Below, piece after piece: positions 1 through 8,356 of a stretch of DNA of 64,000 nt. The notes beneath the pieces were generated by a model. The model saw nothing but the letters and a program-made list of their open reading frames with translations, searched no databases and had not been told where the DNA came from. The position numbers were made by a program, and so were the translations under genes. The stretch lies in the sequence record OK905446.1. One strand, written 5' to 3'. The number at the start of each line of letters is the position of its first letter. Position 1 is the stretch's first letter.

Positions 1-264
1 GCGACGTAGTTTGTTCAGCTTGTCGAACACATCATTGCCATATACGAGTTGCATTAGCTGCTCATATGCCCATTGCGTGTCGAGTTCTCGTTCGTTAAGC
101 TCGTCTTCAAGATAAGATTGTGCAAGTTTCACGAGTTTTGATTCGATTTCTTGAACTGGTGTCTTGTCAATTACGACTTTGATACTACCAAGTAATTCGC
201 GTTCAGCTTCACGTCGCGCTAGTTCTTCGCGAAGATCGTTTTCAGTGTAATTTTTCAAACTCAT
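1..264 (-). CDS. hypothetical protein, 3'-truncated by window edge
   Basis: Read by hand: ATG at 264 (MSLKNYTENDLREELARR...), GGAG SD upstream, open to position 1. Confidence 0.75.
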   Translation of the reverse strand, partial: MSLKNYTENDLREELARREAERELLGSIKVVIDKTPVQEIESKLVKLAQSYLEDELNERELDTQWAYEQLMQLVYGNDVFDKLNKLRR

Positions 265-291
265 TCTTAGTTCTCCTGTGTTGATGTCATC

Positions 292-320
292 ATGTTACAT
301 GGGTTATAAATACCTGTCAA
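292..320 (-). promoter_or_regulatory. early sigma70-type promoter
   Basis: TTGACA (315-320), 17 nt, TAACAT on minus strand. Confidence 0.55.
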
Positions 321-329
321 GTATAAATA
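305..329 (+). promoter_or_regulatory. two tandem T4-type late promoter boxes
   Basis: Exact TATAAATA at 305-312 and 322-329. Confidence 0.6.
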
Positions 330-360
330 CAGTATATCTTATCAAAATAAGGAGAAAGAT

Positions 361-381
361 ATGACAACTCCAACACATTAA
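361..381 (+). CDS. 6-codon minigene MTTPTH (or gene remnant)
   Basis: AAGGAG SD at 349-354, ATG 361, TAA 379-381, downstream of late boxes. Confidence 0.35.
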   Translation: MTTPTH

Positions 382-401
382 TCTAACTGACTAGCATTGC
401 G

Positions 402-755
402 CTAGCCTTTTTTAATGTATTTCTTCCCGACTCCCGTGAGGAATCGAACAATGAATGGTGTGGCGATTAACAACCAAACGACTGCGCTCTGCTCTAGTAC
501 GAATAAGCTGATTAGCATTAAAACCGTACCGCAGATCAAGTCAAGCATGAAATACGCTATCGCGTGATCGTCAGATTCCATGTAATTGCCAAACAGCCAA
601 CTCCACTTGAACGACTGGTATTTGTCTGCATACTCAACGAACGGGAATTCAGTTCTGAACATGAAGTTCACAAGAAACCCACCAGCGCATAGCACAACTG
701 GTATTAGCAAGTTGATAAGCCACGCCAGAATCACAATTGATGCTATCGTTTTCAT
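402..755 (-). CDS. membrane protein
   Basis: ORF track, start adjusted to TAATG-coupled ATG at 755; several hydrophobic segments. Confidence 0.75.
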   Translation of the reverse strand: MKTIASIVILAWLINLLIPVVLCAGGFLVNFMFRTEFPFVEYADKYQSFKWSWLFGNYMESDDHAIAYFMLDLICGTVLMLISLFVLEQSAVVWLLIATPFIVRFLTGVGKKYIKKG

Positions 756-1093
756 TAACATTTCTTCACCTTAATAACGACTGTTCGAATCACTGCAAAC
801 AATAGAATTGCAGCAGGGATGATTGGGAATAAGTTGCCTAGTAGAAATAACACGCCAAGCACTACCACATCAAAACATATGAATGTGAAACACCAGAATG
901 GCAGATCATCGTACGAATTCTTTTCGAAATGCGCTCGTTGCTCTTCAGTAAACAACCCGCCGTATTTGAAACCCTGCAAACGGTCGAGATAGTGACCCCA
1001 TTCGATGTTCATCATGAACGCGCCTTTTAAAAACAGCGTGACTACGATTGCAATTACAACAATTGCTAAGTTAATACCCCAGACTATGAACAT
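755..1093 (-). CDS. membrane protein
   Basis: ORF track, start adjusted to MFIVWG; N- and C-terminal hydrophobic helices. Confidence 0.75.
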   Translation of the reverse strand: MFIVWGINLAIVVIAIVVTLFLKGAFMMNIEWGHYLDRLQGFKYGGLFTEEQRAHFEKNSYDDLPFWCFTFICFDVVVLGVLFLLGNLFPIIPAAILLFAVIRTVVIKVKKC

Positions 1094-2064
1094 TTTACTT
1101 TCTCTTTTAGCATTGATACATGACAAGCGGTCTCGTGAAGACGCTCTTCCCAATTCTGACCTTTCTGAACAGTCATAAACGGCTTACCGGTTTTAATCAA
1201 GAGTTCTCGTGCGATTTCAAACCACAGTTCTCGTTCACCTTGCGATTGAGTACGAGTGCCGTCTTGAACAAACTCACAGTTCGGGCGAAACAGCACATAC
1301 GCATCAATGCTTTCATATGCAGCTAGTGCTTTCAGCAATGTTGGTGTTTCATTGAACTGAAAGTGACTGTAAACAGCCGACGTAATGGCAGAAGAATCAA
1401 CGATTACAGTGTCACTTTCTTTGCCAGTTGCTTCAATACGTGCAGTTTGTGCAATTGCGAACTCTAGAACGTCGTGCTCAGTGTAGTGATTGTCGCTCAT
1501 GATGTCGCGTGCTGCTTCAAGCACGAGTTCATAACCGTTTGCAGCCGCGATTGATGCTGCGTTCCATGACTTGCCGCATGACTCGGGACCGATGAATGCA
1601 ATACGTGTTACTCGATCTTGCTGTGCGCTCGGGCTGTAGAACTCGTGTGAATTGTTCTCGCGAACCGACGTGCTTGAGCAAGGTGTGATCTCGCGTTCTT
1701 CGTCGTAAATGATTCCATCAAAGTTACCGTACTCAGCACAGTAATTGATGTATTGTTCTGAACCAACGAACGCATCAATTTCTGGATAGTTGTCGTCGAT
1801 GTACGCTGCCCATTGCTTCGATACTTCGCGATCCGATTCTGACTTGTTAGACAAACCTTCGTCGCTTGGACAAATCACACTAATGCGAATGCGATTCCCG
1901 AAATCTTGGTGCATCCACTTCATGCGAGTTTCGACATCAATCGGATCGCTGTCTTCAGTGCAAAGCAGTACGGTAACTTTATCTGCTAATGACAATGCGT
2001 ATTTGATTAGCTTAAAGTGACCTTGATGGTAGTTGTTAAATTTTCCAATTACACCCGCGTGCAT
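1084..2064 (-). CDS. nadR: NadR-type bifunctional NMN adenylyltransferase / nicotinamide riboside kinase
   Basis: N-terminal GKFNNYHQGH (HxGH) domain followed by P-loop GPESCGKS kinase domain. Confidence 0.9.
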   Translation of the reverse strand: MHAGVIGKFNNYHQGHFKLIKYALSLADKVTVLLCTEDSDPIDVETRMKWMHQDFGNRIRISVICPSDEGLSNKSESDREVSKQWAAYIDDNYPEIDAFVGSEQYINYCAEYGNFDGIIYDEEREITPCSSTSVRENNSHEFYSPSAQQDRVTRIAFIGPESCGKSWNAASIAAANGYELVLEAARDIMSDNHYTEHDVLEFAIAQTARIEATGKESDTVIVDSSAITSAVYSHFQFNETPTLLKALAAYESIDAYVLFRPNCEFVQDGTRTQSQGERELWFEIARELLIKTGKPFMTVQKGQNWEERLHETACHVSMLKEKVKCS

Positions 2065-2432
2065 ACTTTATTCCTCAGATAGTCAAGATGTTCAGCAAAT
2101 TCTTCGTATGATTTGATGTCATTCTCCCTGAAATAAATGATCATGTCAAGAGAATGTTTGTCATCGTCGTACGTTTGAATCAATTCATCTTCGTAGAACA
2201 GTCCATTAGTGTTCACAATCGTCAGTCTATTCATATCCATTCTATGATGCGAACGGATATGCCAACGTCTCAATTCTTTAACACGCTCTTTGATTTGTGG
2301 TTCTACTCGCTTCATGATGTTATGCAAGTTATGCAGACGACGAATATCATGCGGCTTTCGTTTTAAATTTGCAACCGCTGTTTCTAACAAGTCGAAATCA
2401 GCAGGCAACCCTTTGCGTTCGTTGTCGTTCAT
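2049..2432 (-). CDS. hypothetical protein
   Basis: ORF track; coupled to neighbours. Confidence 0.7.
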   Translation of the reverse strand: MNDNERKGLPADFDLLETAVANLKRKPHDIRRLHNLHNIMKRVEPQIKERVKELRRWHIRSHHRMDMNRLTIVNTNGLFYEDELIQTYDDDKHSLDMIIYFRENDIKSYEEFAEHLDYLRNKVCTRV

Positions 2433-2543
2433 TTTCGAAGACCTCGTTCCTTTTTATCGTCTTCGACTGTTTTACTTGCATGACTCACAACGGGTTCGTC
2501 TGCGTAAACCTTTTCACCTCGCTTCACTACACCATGATATGAA

Positions 2544-2759
2544 TCAGCCTGCTTCGTCGAACCATTCTTTCCAACACGAAAGTTCGTCTTCTGTGCAAAG
2601 CGAAGTTTCACAACTAGACCCTTCTCGTGTTTCGTTGCATTCTCGTATACTACTTTCATAATTATTTTCCCACATTTGATCAACAGCCTTGTTGAATTCG
2701 TCGAATCCCATCGGTGTTAAGTCTTGCAGGGATAGCGTTGACTGCATACTATCCCACAT
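2544..2759 (-). CDS. hypothetical acidic protein
   Basis: ORF track; starts right after upstream stop. Confidence 0.55.
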   Translation of the reverse strand: MWDSMQSTLSLQDLTPMGFDEFNKAVDQMWENNYESSIRECNETREGSSCETSLCTEDELSCWKEWFDEAG

Positions 2760-2762
2760 AAA

Positions 2763-3194
2763 TTAGTTATCGTAATTGTCGTAACATGGCATCCACGAGT
2801 GACAAACACTATTCGAGCGAATGTATCCGTTGCGACCTCGATATGTTTCTACGCGATCATTGTAAATCTTGTTCTCAGTAAAAATATGATCGCCTACGTA
2901 TAGCATATCATCACCAGGGAAATCAGTCACGCGCAACGTCATTGAATGACCTTTCGTCGTTTTGATAAGACAACGTGTAGATCTCTTTGATGCTTTACAA
3001 TGACTCACGGAAGTTATTTTTCCATAGTCATATGTCGTTGTCTTTATAACGTCGTCTGATTTAGTGGCTGCTGAGAAAACCAACAGACCAATAAACATAA
3101 TCCCAACAATACACGCAAAATGAATTGCTGAAAGGCAGAACGTTAACGCTGGGTCTTCTTTATAGTCTTTTTTGAAGTCTTCGATGAATTTCAT
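2763..3194 (-). CDS. single-pass membrane protein
   Basis: One TM helix; conserved GAGAGAACATTATG initiation region and promoter upstream. Confidence 0.75.
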   Translation of the reverse strand: MKFIEDFKKDYKEDPALTFCLSAIHFACIVGIMFIGLLVFSAATKSDDVIKTTTYDYGKITSVSHCKASKRSTRCLIKTTKGHSMTLRVTDFPGDDMLYVGDHIFTENKIYNDRVETYRGRNGYIRSNSVCHSWMPCYDNYDN

Positions 3195-3260
3195 AATGTT
3201 CTCTCTCTAGTTGATGAGTTCATTATACGTATCTGATATTAATTTGCAACCATTAAAAAC

Positions 3261-3284
3261 AAAAAAAGACGCCGAAGCGTCTTT
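3261..3284 (-). terminator. rho-independent terminator (UUCG loop)
   Basis: AAAGACGC-TTCG-GCGTCTTTTTTT on minus strand. Confidence 0.8.
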
Positions 3285-4752
3285 AAAAGTGAGGAACTTC
3301 ACGTATTTCAATAAATGAAGCGAAGTTACCCACTCGATAGTCAGGTGAGTTGAACGCCTGACCGTTGTTGATCTGAAATGCAGGAACTGTAGTCACTGTT
3401 CCCGTTCCATTTAATCGACCGTATAGACTAATTCGAACCCAACTATTAGCAGGTGCTCTGAACGACCCATTGAACTCAGCGGTTACAATAAACCCGTCCC
3501 CTGATATATTGAACGAACGCCCGTTGCTCCCGATTGGAGGTCTAACTTGCGTCCACGTCCCGTCAATCCCGTTTGTTGAATCCAATGAAACCTCAATGAC
3601 GTTACTAAAGTAAACAGATGCCGCCGCCGCACTACCCGCAGTCTTTTGTAGCATAATCGAACCTACGATCTGAACACCCTTGCCTCGTTCATTATACATG
3701 ATAATTCGATTCGAGTCGTCTACAGAAAACGAAGATGTATTTGTAGAGATCGTTGCTGCGTCAAAAGTGATCTGAGATCCTAAGTTTGTCGTTGCTAACG
3801 TCGTCGCGGTTCTATGAAATGCCGTTGCTTGTTTTGCACTTAATACACGACACGGAATTCCGTACCCCGCGAGGGCTTGATATTGGCGAACGATTCTAGC
3901 AAGCGCGCCACTTTGTAGTTGAATAAAATCAGTAGCCGTTTCTTGAGTTCTAGATTTGAAATACGTTTTGAATGTAACGAAATCAGTTGCCATCAATTCC
4001 TGTTCAAATTCGTATCGTAAAAATCCACTACCACTCTCGTCAAAATCAAGTTCAGTCTCGTCAACTAAAACGTCATTTACATATATCCCCGCCGCGACCG
4101 TTAATGGATATGATGTTTTTCTTGCGCTTACGCTAATCGGAATTGATACGAATATTCCATAATTATCGTCATTGCTAACGGTGAATCTGTTATTCGACGC
4201 TGTTATACCACTACCGAAGTTGGTCTGATACACACCGAATACGACGGTTGGTGCTGCGTCATCAAATATAGTCTGATCGGAACTAGATCTCATTGTCGCA
4301 TAGAAATACTCGTTCTCGTCGAGTCTTTCCAATTCAACTGGCCTCCATTGACCATCACCGAGAGTAACATCAAATGACGCAAGCCCTTCCTCATACTCAT
4401 AATCAAGCATGTTTTTGTGTTGCATATCACTTCGACGTACGACGTTTTCTTTGGCAAAGTCAAGTGCGTCTTTGACTGAAGTATTATCGTCCTCGTCATA
4501 AAGAATAGAAGACGCTAGGTGCTGAAAACCTAGATCTCTATCTGCCAGATCGTTGTGGGAAAATGTATAACTCCCGAGACTAACCCACCCTTGATCTTGT
4601 CGGAGATATGGGGTACCGTCACTGGGCGCATCGACGAAAACATATTGAGACGCATCCACCCAGTTTCGATTGTATCGAAGATATGCGGTATCGTCTTCTG
4701 GTGCTTCTGGCACGAACGTCAAACCAGTACCAGTTAATGTAATGCTAGACAT
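3283..4752 (-). CDS. putative trimeric virion fibre/decoration protein with two fibritin-foldon-like motifs
   Basis: FVPEAPEDDTAYLRYNRNWV and FVDAPSDGTPYLRQDQGWV match T4 foldon [21 protein letters not shown]; beta-rich C-terminal domains; late operon. Confidence 0.65.
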   Translation of the reverse strand: MSSITLTGTGLTFVPEAPEDDTAYLRYNRNWVDASQYVFVDAPSDGTPYLRQDQGWVSLGSYTFSHNDLADRDLGFQHLASSILYDEDDNTSVKDALDFAKENVVRRSDMQHKNMLDYEYEEGLASFDVTLGDGQWRPVELERLDENEYFYATMRSSSDQTIFDDAAPTVVFGVYQTNFGSGITASNNRFTVSNDDNYGIFVSIPISVSARKTSYPLTVAAGIYVNDVLVDETELDFDESGSGFLRYEFEQELMATDFVTFKTYFKSRTQETATDFIQLQSGALARIVRQYQALAGYGIPCRVLSAKQATAFHRTATTLATTNLGSQITFDAATISTNTSSFSVDDSNRIIMYNERGKGVQIVGSIMLQKTAGSAAAASVYFSNVIEVSLDSTNGIDGTWTQVRPPIGSNGRSFNISGDGFIVTAEFNGSFRAPANSWVRISLYGRLNGTGTVTTVPAFQINNGQAFNSPDYRVGNFASFIEIREVPHF

Positions 4753-4760
4753 ATTTTACC

Positions 4761-5111
4761 TCAATAAACTAATGTTACAGCGCCGCTACCGCGTAGCCAC
4801 ACTCTTAAATTTCTGTTAAACAAACGCCCTTGTCCCTCGTACAATGTGTTAGATTCAAACAAGTGAAAATCTAAATCATCAGGGAGTGGGTCGTGTTCTG
4901 AATCTGACTCGTTATAAGCCCCACCAAACGCAAGCTCAAGTGATGCACTAGGACCTATCAGAATCGCGAAGTAATTATCATCAGACCCAAATGGGCTGCT
5001 CAATAAATCGAAGTATACGTGATTTGTATACTCTGCGCTGTCTAGATCAATTCGCTTTGTTCGTCTTGAACGCTTGGTTGGCGGCAATAAATCAATTTTT
5101 GTATATTCCAT
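4761..5111 (-). CDS. late small beta-rich protein
   Basis: GAGG SD and ATAAATA box directly upstream. Confidence 0.7.
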   Translation of the reverse strand: MEYTKIDLLPPTKRSRRTKRIDLDSAEYTNHVYFDLLSSPFGSDDNYFAILIGPSASLELAFGGAYNESDSEHDPLPDDLDFHLFESNTLYEGQGRLFNRNLRVWLRGSGAVTLVY

Positions 5112-5126
5112 ATATCACCTCTGTTC

Positions 5127-5134
5127 TATTTATC
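5127..5134 (-). promoter_or_regulatory. late promoter
   Basis: GATAAATA on minus strand, 16 nt upstream of ATG, just after a terminator. Confidence 0.65.
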
Positions 5135-5140
5135 AAACGC

Positions 5141-5163
5141 AAAAAAGCTGCTCGAAGGCAGCT
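5141..5163 (-). terminator. rho-independent terminator
   Basis: AGCTGC-CTTCGA-GCAGCTTTTTT. Confidence 0.75.
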
Positions 5164-5386
5164 ACATATTCAATACACCTAAATCTTCAGGCATCAAACC
5201 GTTCTCGATTGCTTTGTGATAATAGTTCTCGTGTTTGACAATACCACGCTGTAGATAATGACGATTGGCTTTGATGAACTGATCAGCAGCTTCAATGCTA
5301 TCTTCATGCGGATGCTTCAAGTAAAACGGCGCGCCATTGTCGATGAGCAAGTTACATAGTTCGATCTGCTTTTGCGTTGCTTTCAT
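5162..5386 (-). CDS. hypothetical protein
   Basis: ORF track, start adjusted to MKATQK. Confidence 0.6.
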   Translation of the reverse strand: MKATQKQIELCNLLIDNGAPFYLKHPHEDSIEAADQFIKANRHYLQRGIVKHENYYHKAIENGLMPEDLGVLNM

Positions 5387-5717
5387 AATCAAGTTTCTCA
5401 TACAATTTGTAAATTGTTGTCGTTGATGAATTCCAGTGATGTGGGTCATCATTGTGAAACGGCTTATTGTCGATCATTTTGTAAATGTAACGCACGTCAT
5501 CACCATCTTTACTGATCTCTGTGATTTCAATAACCGTAACTTCGTCGGGGTCGCTTGCGTATTTGGCTACTTTAACACGTTGGTACACATCACCGACTTT
5601 AATATCAGGCTTGAAACTCGGGAACCCATTTGCAGTATTGTACAGCATAAAGATTACAGTAGCCCACACTAGGATAATCGCGCCGGTAAACGTAAGCGGT
5701 GTCCATTTGAATTTCAT
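5352..5717 (-). CDS. membrane-anchored protein, paralog family A
   Basis: TM helix then IKVGDVYQR...IEITEISKDG..VRY motif shared with 6590-6874. Confidence 0.75.
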   Translation of the reverse strand: MKFKWTPLTFTGAIILVWATVIFMLYNTANGFPSFKPDIKVGDVYQRVKVAKYASDPDEVTVIEITEISKDGDDVRYIYKMIDNKPFHNDDPHHWNSSTTTIYKLYEKLDYESNAKADRTM

Positions 5718-6166
5718 TTTGTTTTCTCCGATGTTGTGTGTTTCAAATCGCGTTCAGCTACATACGAGCGTTTAAGAGCTTCAAAGGTCAGTTCTCGCTC
5801 GGCAGATTTTGTACCGATGTACACGTAGCGTAGTCGTTTCTGCTCGTAATTCACGTCAGTGACTGTAATACCAAACGATATTTTCTCACCACGTTCCCAA
5901 CCGCTATCTTCAATAATGAAGTATCGATCACCGATTTCAATCTGTCTGAAGAATCCCGCGTATGAAGCAATCCCAACCCCGATTATTGCAAAGAAGAACC
6001 AGAACATAATGATCTTGAAAATCTTCGCGTCTTTCTGCTCAGTTGCTTTGCAGTTCAACTTACGAGAACTAGGCTCATCTGGTAAACCGTCTTTAACGTG
6101 TCGCGTACCGTTTGGTCTTCTTGGCGGATGTGGGTGATAATCATCAAATCTCGGTGGACGTGCCAT
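5714..6166 (-). CDS. membrane-anchored protein, distant paralog family A
   Basis: TM helix then IEIGDRYF...ITVTDVN..KRLRYVY. Confidence 0.7.
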   Translation of the reverse strand: MARPPRFDDYHPHPPRRPNGTRHVKDGLPDEPSSRKLNCKATEQKDAKIFKIIMFWFFFAIIGVGIASYAGFFRQIEIGDRYFIIEDSGWERGEKISFGITVTDVNYEQKRLRYVYIGTKSAERELTFEALKRSYVAERDLKHTTSEKTK

Positions 6167-6176
6167 AATAATTTCC

Positions 6177-6593
6177 TCAGTTCAGTGCTTCAGCTTTCGC
6201 AGCGTCGAAATTGCTGCGCTTCACAAGTCGAGCCATGTTCAAATACATGTCTTCGGGTCTCGGTGACCAATAGTTCCAGTATGGTGTGTCAACAAACGTG
6301 TTTTCAATCCACTCGCAGATTTCTTCAAACTGTTCAACGTTGATATTCACACCACGATGCAATAACTCTTCGCACAAGTCTTGATAACGTGTATAGAGAT
6401 AGTGCAGCTTGTCAAAAAAGAACGTTTCGTGACCAGTACCAAGCACGTAATGGTCAGGAATGGTCACATTACCCATTGTATGCTCTTGTATGCGCTTCTC
6501 AACCTTGTTGAAGGGACGAGTTATCTCTTTATACTCTGCAAGCAAATGCTTGTCAGAGAGCGTTTCAGCCGGCATACAATTGATTCGTGTCAT
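6177..6593 (-). CDS. denV: pyrimidine-dimer DNA glycosylase (endonuclease V)
   Basis: MTRIN...LSDKHLLAEYKEITR...YVLGTGHETFFFDKLHYL matches T4 DenV. Confidence 0.95.
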   Translation of the reverse strand: MTRINCMPAETLSDKHLLAEYKEITRPFNKVEKRIQEHTMGNVTIPDHYVLGTGHETFFFDKLHYLYTRYQDLCEELLHRGVNINVEQFEEICEWIENTFVDTPYWNYWSPRPEDMYLNMARLVKRSNFDAAKAEALN

Positions 6594-6874
6594 TTTACTT
6601 TCTCAAACATTCTGTAAAGGTGGTGTGTTGCCATTTCGTATGTGCTGCTAGACGATGTTGAACCGGCGAATACTGCCACGCATGGCTTGCCTTCAATACG
6701 AACCCATTCGTATTTTATGTGCTTACCGTCTTTCGATACGTTGGTGACTTCGATTATAGTCGCGTGATTTTCAACGTCAACCCAATCTCTCTCGATTTGA
6801 CGATATTGTTCGCCAATCACTGGTGGGGTGATCGTTGGGAAGAAGAACTCTTTCACTTTAGATAAAATTTTCAT
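6590..6874 (-). CDS. hypothetical protein, paralog family A
   Basis: PVIGEQYRQ...IIEVTNVSKDGKHIKY. Confidence 0.7.
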   Translation of the reverse strand: MKILSKVKEFFFPTITPPVIGEQYRQIERDWVDVENHATIIEVTNVSKDGKHIKYEWVRIEGKPCVAVFAGSTSSSSTYEMATHHLYRMFEKVK

Positions 6875-7179
6875 GCTTTCTCCAATTTCTCAATAGCTGC
6901 CCAGAATGACTCTGTGTATTCTTGTGTTGACATGTACAATGGCCACCCAGCTTCGAAGCCAAGTTCTACCGCAATGCAATCGAATGCAATGTCTCGATCA
7001 GCAGTGTCTAACGACGTGCAATCATGCGTGTAAAACATAGCCCAATATTCTTGCTCACACTCTCGTGCGACTTTCTCAGCGATTTCAGCAGGCAAGATAT
7101 ATCCCGTCTTGTCTGTGAACTCACTGTTTACTGCTTTTAAAAGACTGACCATATGATGAATGCTCCGAGTAAAATCCAA
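6871..7179 (-). CDS. hypothetical protein
   Basis: ORF track; start uncertain. Confidence 0.6.
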   Translation of the reverse strand: MDFTRSIHHMVSLLKAVNSEFTDKTGYILPAEIAEKVARECEQEYWAMFYTHDCTSLDTADRDIAFDCIAVELGFEAGWPLYMSTQEYTESFWAAIEKLEKA

Positions 7180-7268
7180 CGTAATTTGTATGTCGTTTTA
7201 GTTACAAAATGCAGTGCGCAAAGAACATAAAATAAAATGCACAATAATGCTTCGTCTATTTTGCTCAT

Positions 7269-7559
7269 TTAAACCTCTGCTACTTCGCGAGTGAAACCAA
7301 TACAACCAGGGATTGTTCGCCAATCAAAGTTCAAGTAAGACTCTGCACACTTCGTCATGCTAGGACGATTAGCTGCTTTACGGTCTAAGTGACGTTCAGC
7401 AATAGAACAGATAGAAGACATTGCAATCGACACTTCTTGATCTTGCTGTGCGCGGTATGCAGCGCGTAGCTTAGTCACGTTACCTTTTGTAATCTTGTCT
7501 GATTTCAAAGTAGCAACTAGATTCATGCAAGCAGTGATTGTTTCAGTAGTGTAGTTCAT
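7269..7559 (-). CDS. early hypothetical protein
   Basis: Strong promoter and GAGAGAACATTATG initiation region. Confidence 0.8.
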   Translation of the reverse strand: MNYTTETITACMNLVATLKSDKITKGNVTKLRAAYRAQQDQEVSIAMSSICSIAERHLDRKAANRPSMTKCAESYLNFDWRTIPGCIGFTREVAEV

Positions 7560-7598
7560 AATGTTCTCTCTCTTGTCTTGATGTAGCTATTATCGGCT
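7557..7598. repeat. 42-bp exact repeat (RBS plus -10 of early promoter), copy 1
   Basis: cataatgttctctctcttgtcttgatgtagctattatcggct identical to 18133-18174. Confidence 0.9.
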
Positions 7599-7620
7599 TT
7601 TTGGTGATTGCTGTCAATGA

Positions 7621-8355
7621 TTATTTTAAAGAATTTTCAATTAACCATAGTGCAAGTTTGTAACGACGCTCGATAACTAGATTCTCTGGCGTGAATTCTT
7701 GAACAAACTCTAGGCGCTCGAACGGAGTCATTTCGTTGTGCCAAATGTCAGTTGCAATTTCAGCGTTAGATGCTACGTAATCGAAAGAAGCATTGACTTC
7801 AACAACTGCGTCTTGTGCGTTGTGGATAACTGCTTGGAATTTTGCGTTGATTACTGAAGTCATAATGTTCTCTCTGTATCTCGTTTCGATAAAGCTATAA
7901 TACAGAAAAGGGCTGCATAGCGCAACCCTTTTTTTGGTGAAATTGATTATTTTTTTACCGAATACGTATTTCTCGGTTAGACGTTGCAACTCAGCACGCT
8001 CTTTTTCTTCGATTTCGGCTTGAGCTTTTTTCTCTGCTTCAATCGACATTTTGGATTCCAGTGCTGCACGTGCATGTGCCGCTTCACGATAACGCTTGAT
8101 AGTCGCAGCAGTTGAATCGGTATCCCAGAAGTCTGAAACTGGATGAGTATAAACGATGTACTCAGATTGACCAGCCCAATAGTCTTCGAACTTTAAAATC
8201 ACGTTTGCGTCTTCGTCGATTGATACATCAACGAGATTGTAATCGCTCGTGTTGAAGTTTTCATAATCAGACATGTACGGTTCAATGACTTCAGCAAACG
8301 ATTCGGCGTTGCTTGTAATGAATTTGATTTTGTTTTTGAAGTAATCTGGGTTCAT
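7621..8355 (-). CDS. hypothetical ORF reading through a promoter cassette; probably two genes (second starts at 7863)
   Basis: Internal promoter, hairpin and GAGAGAACATTATG at 7861-7932 in frame. Confidence 0.65.
   Translation of the reverse strand: MNPDYFKNKIKFITSNAESFAEVIEPYMSDYENFNTSDYNLVDVSIDEDANVILKFEDYWAGQSEYIVYTHPVSDFWDTDSTAATIKRYREAAHARAALESKMSIEAEKKAQAEIEEKERAELQRLTEKYVFGKKIINFTKKRVALCSPFLYYSFIETRYRENIMTSVINAKFQAVIHNAQDAVVEVNASFDYVASNAEIATDIWHNEMTPFERLEFVQEFTPENLVIERRYKLALWLIENSLK
7861..7932 (-). promoter_or_regulatory. stem-loop early promoter cassette (PeSL-like)
   Basis: AAAAGGGTTGC-GCTAT-GCAGCCCTTTT with -35 in stem, TATTAT -10, conserved RBS. Confidence 0.7.
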
Positions 8356-8356
8356 G

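Noticed and set aside
402-1093. Membrane ORFs next to nadR as the PnuC transporter
   Set aside because: Too short and lacking PnuC motifs.
2763-3194. MKFIEDF N-terminus as a capsid-targeting sequence
   Set aside because: The protein has a TM helix and an early promoter, inconsistent with an internal head protein.
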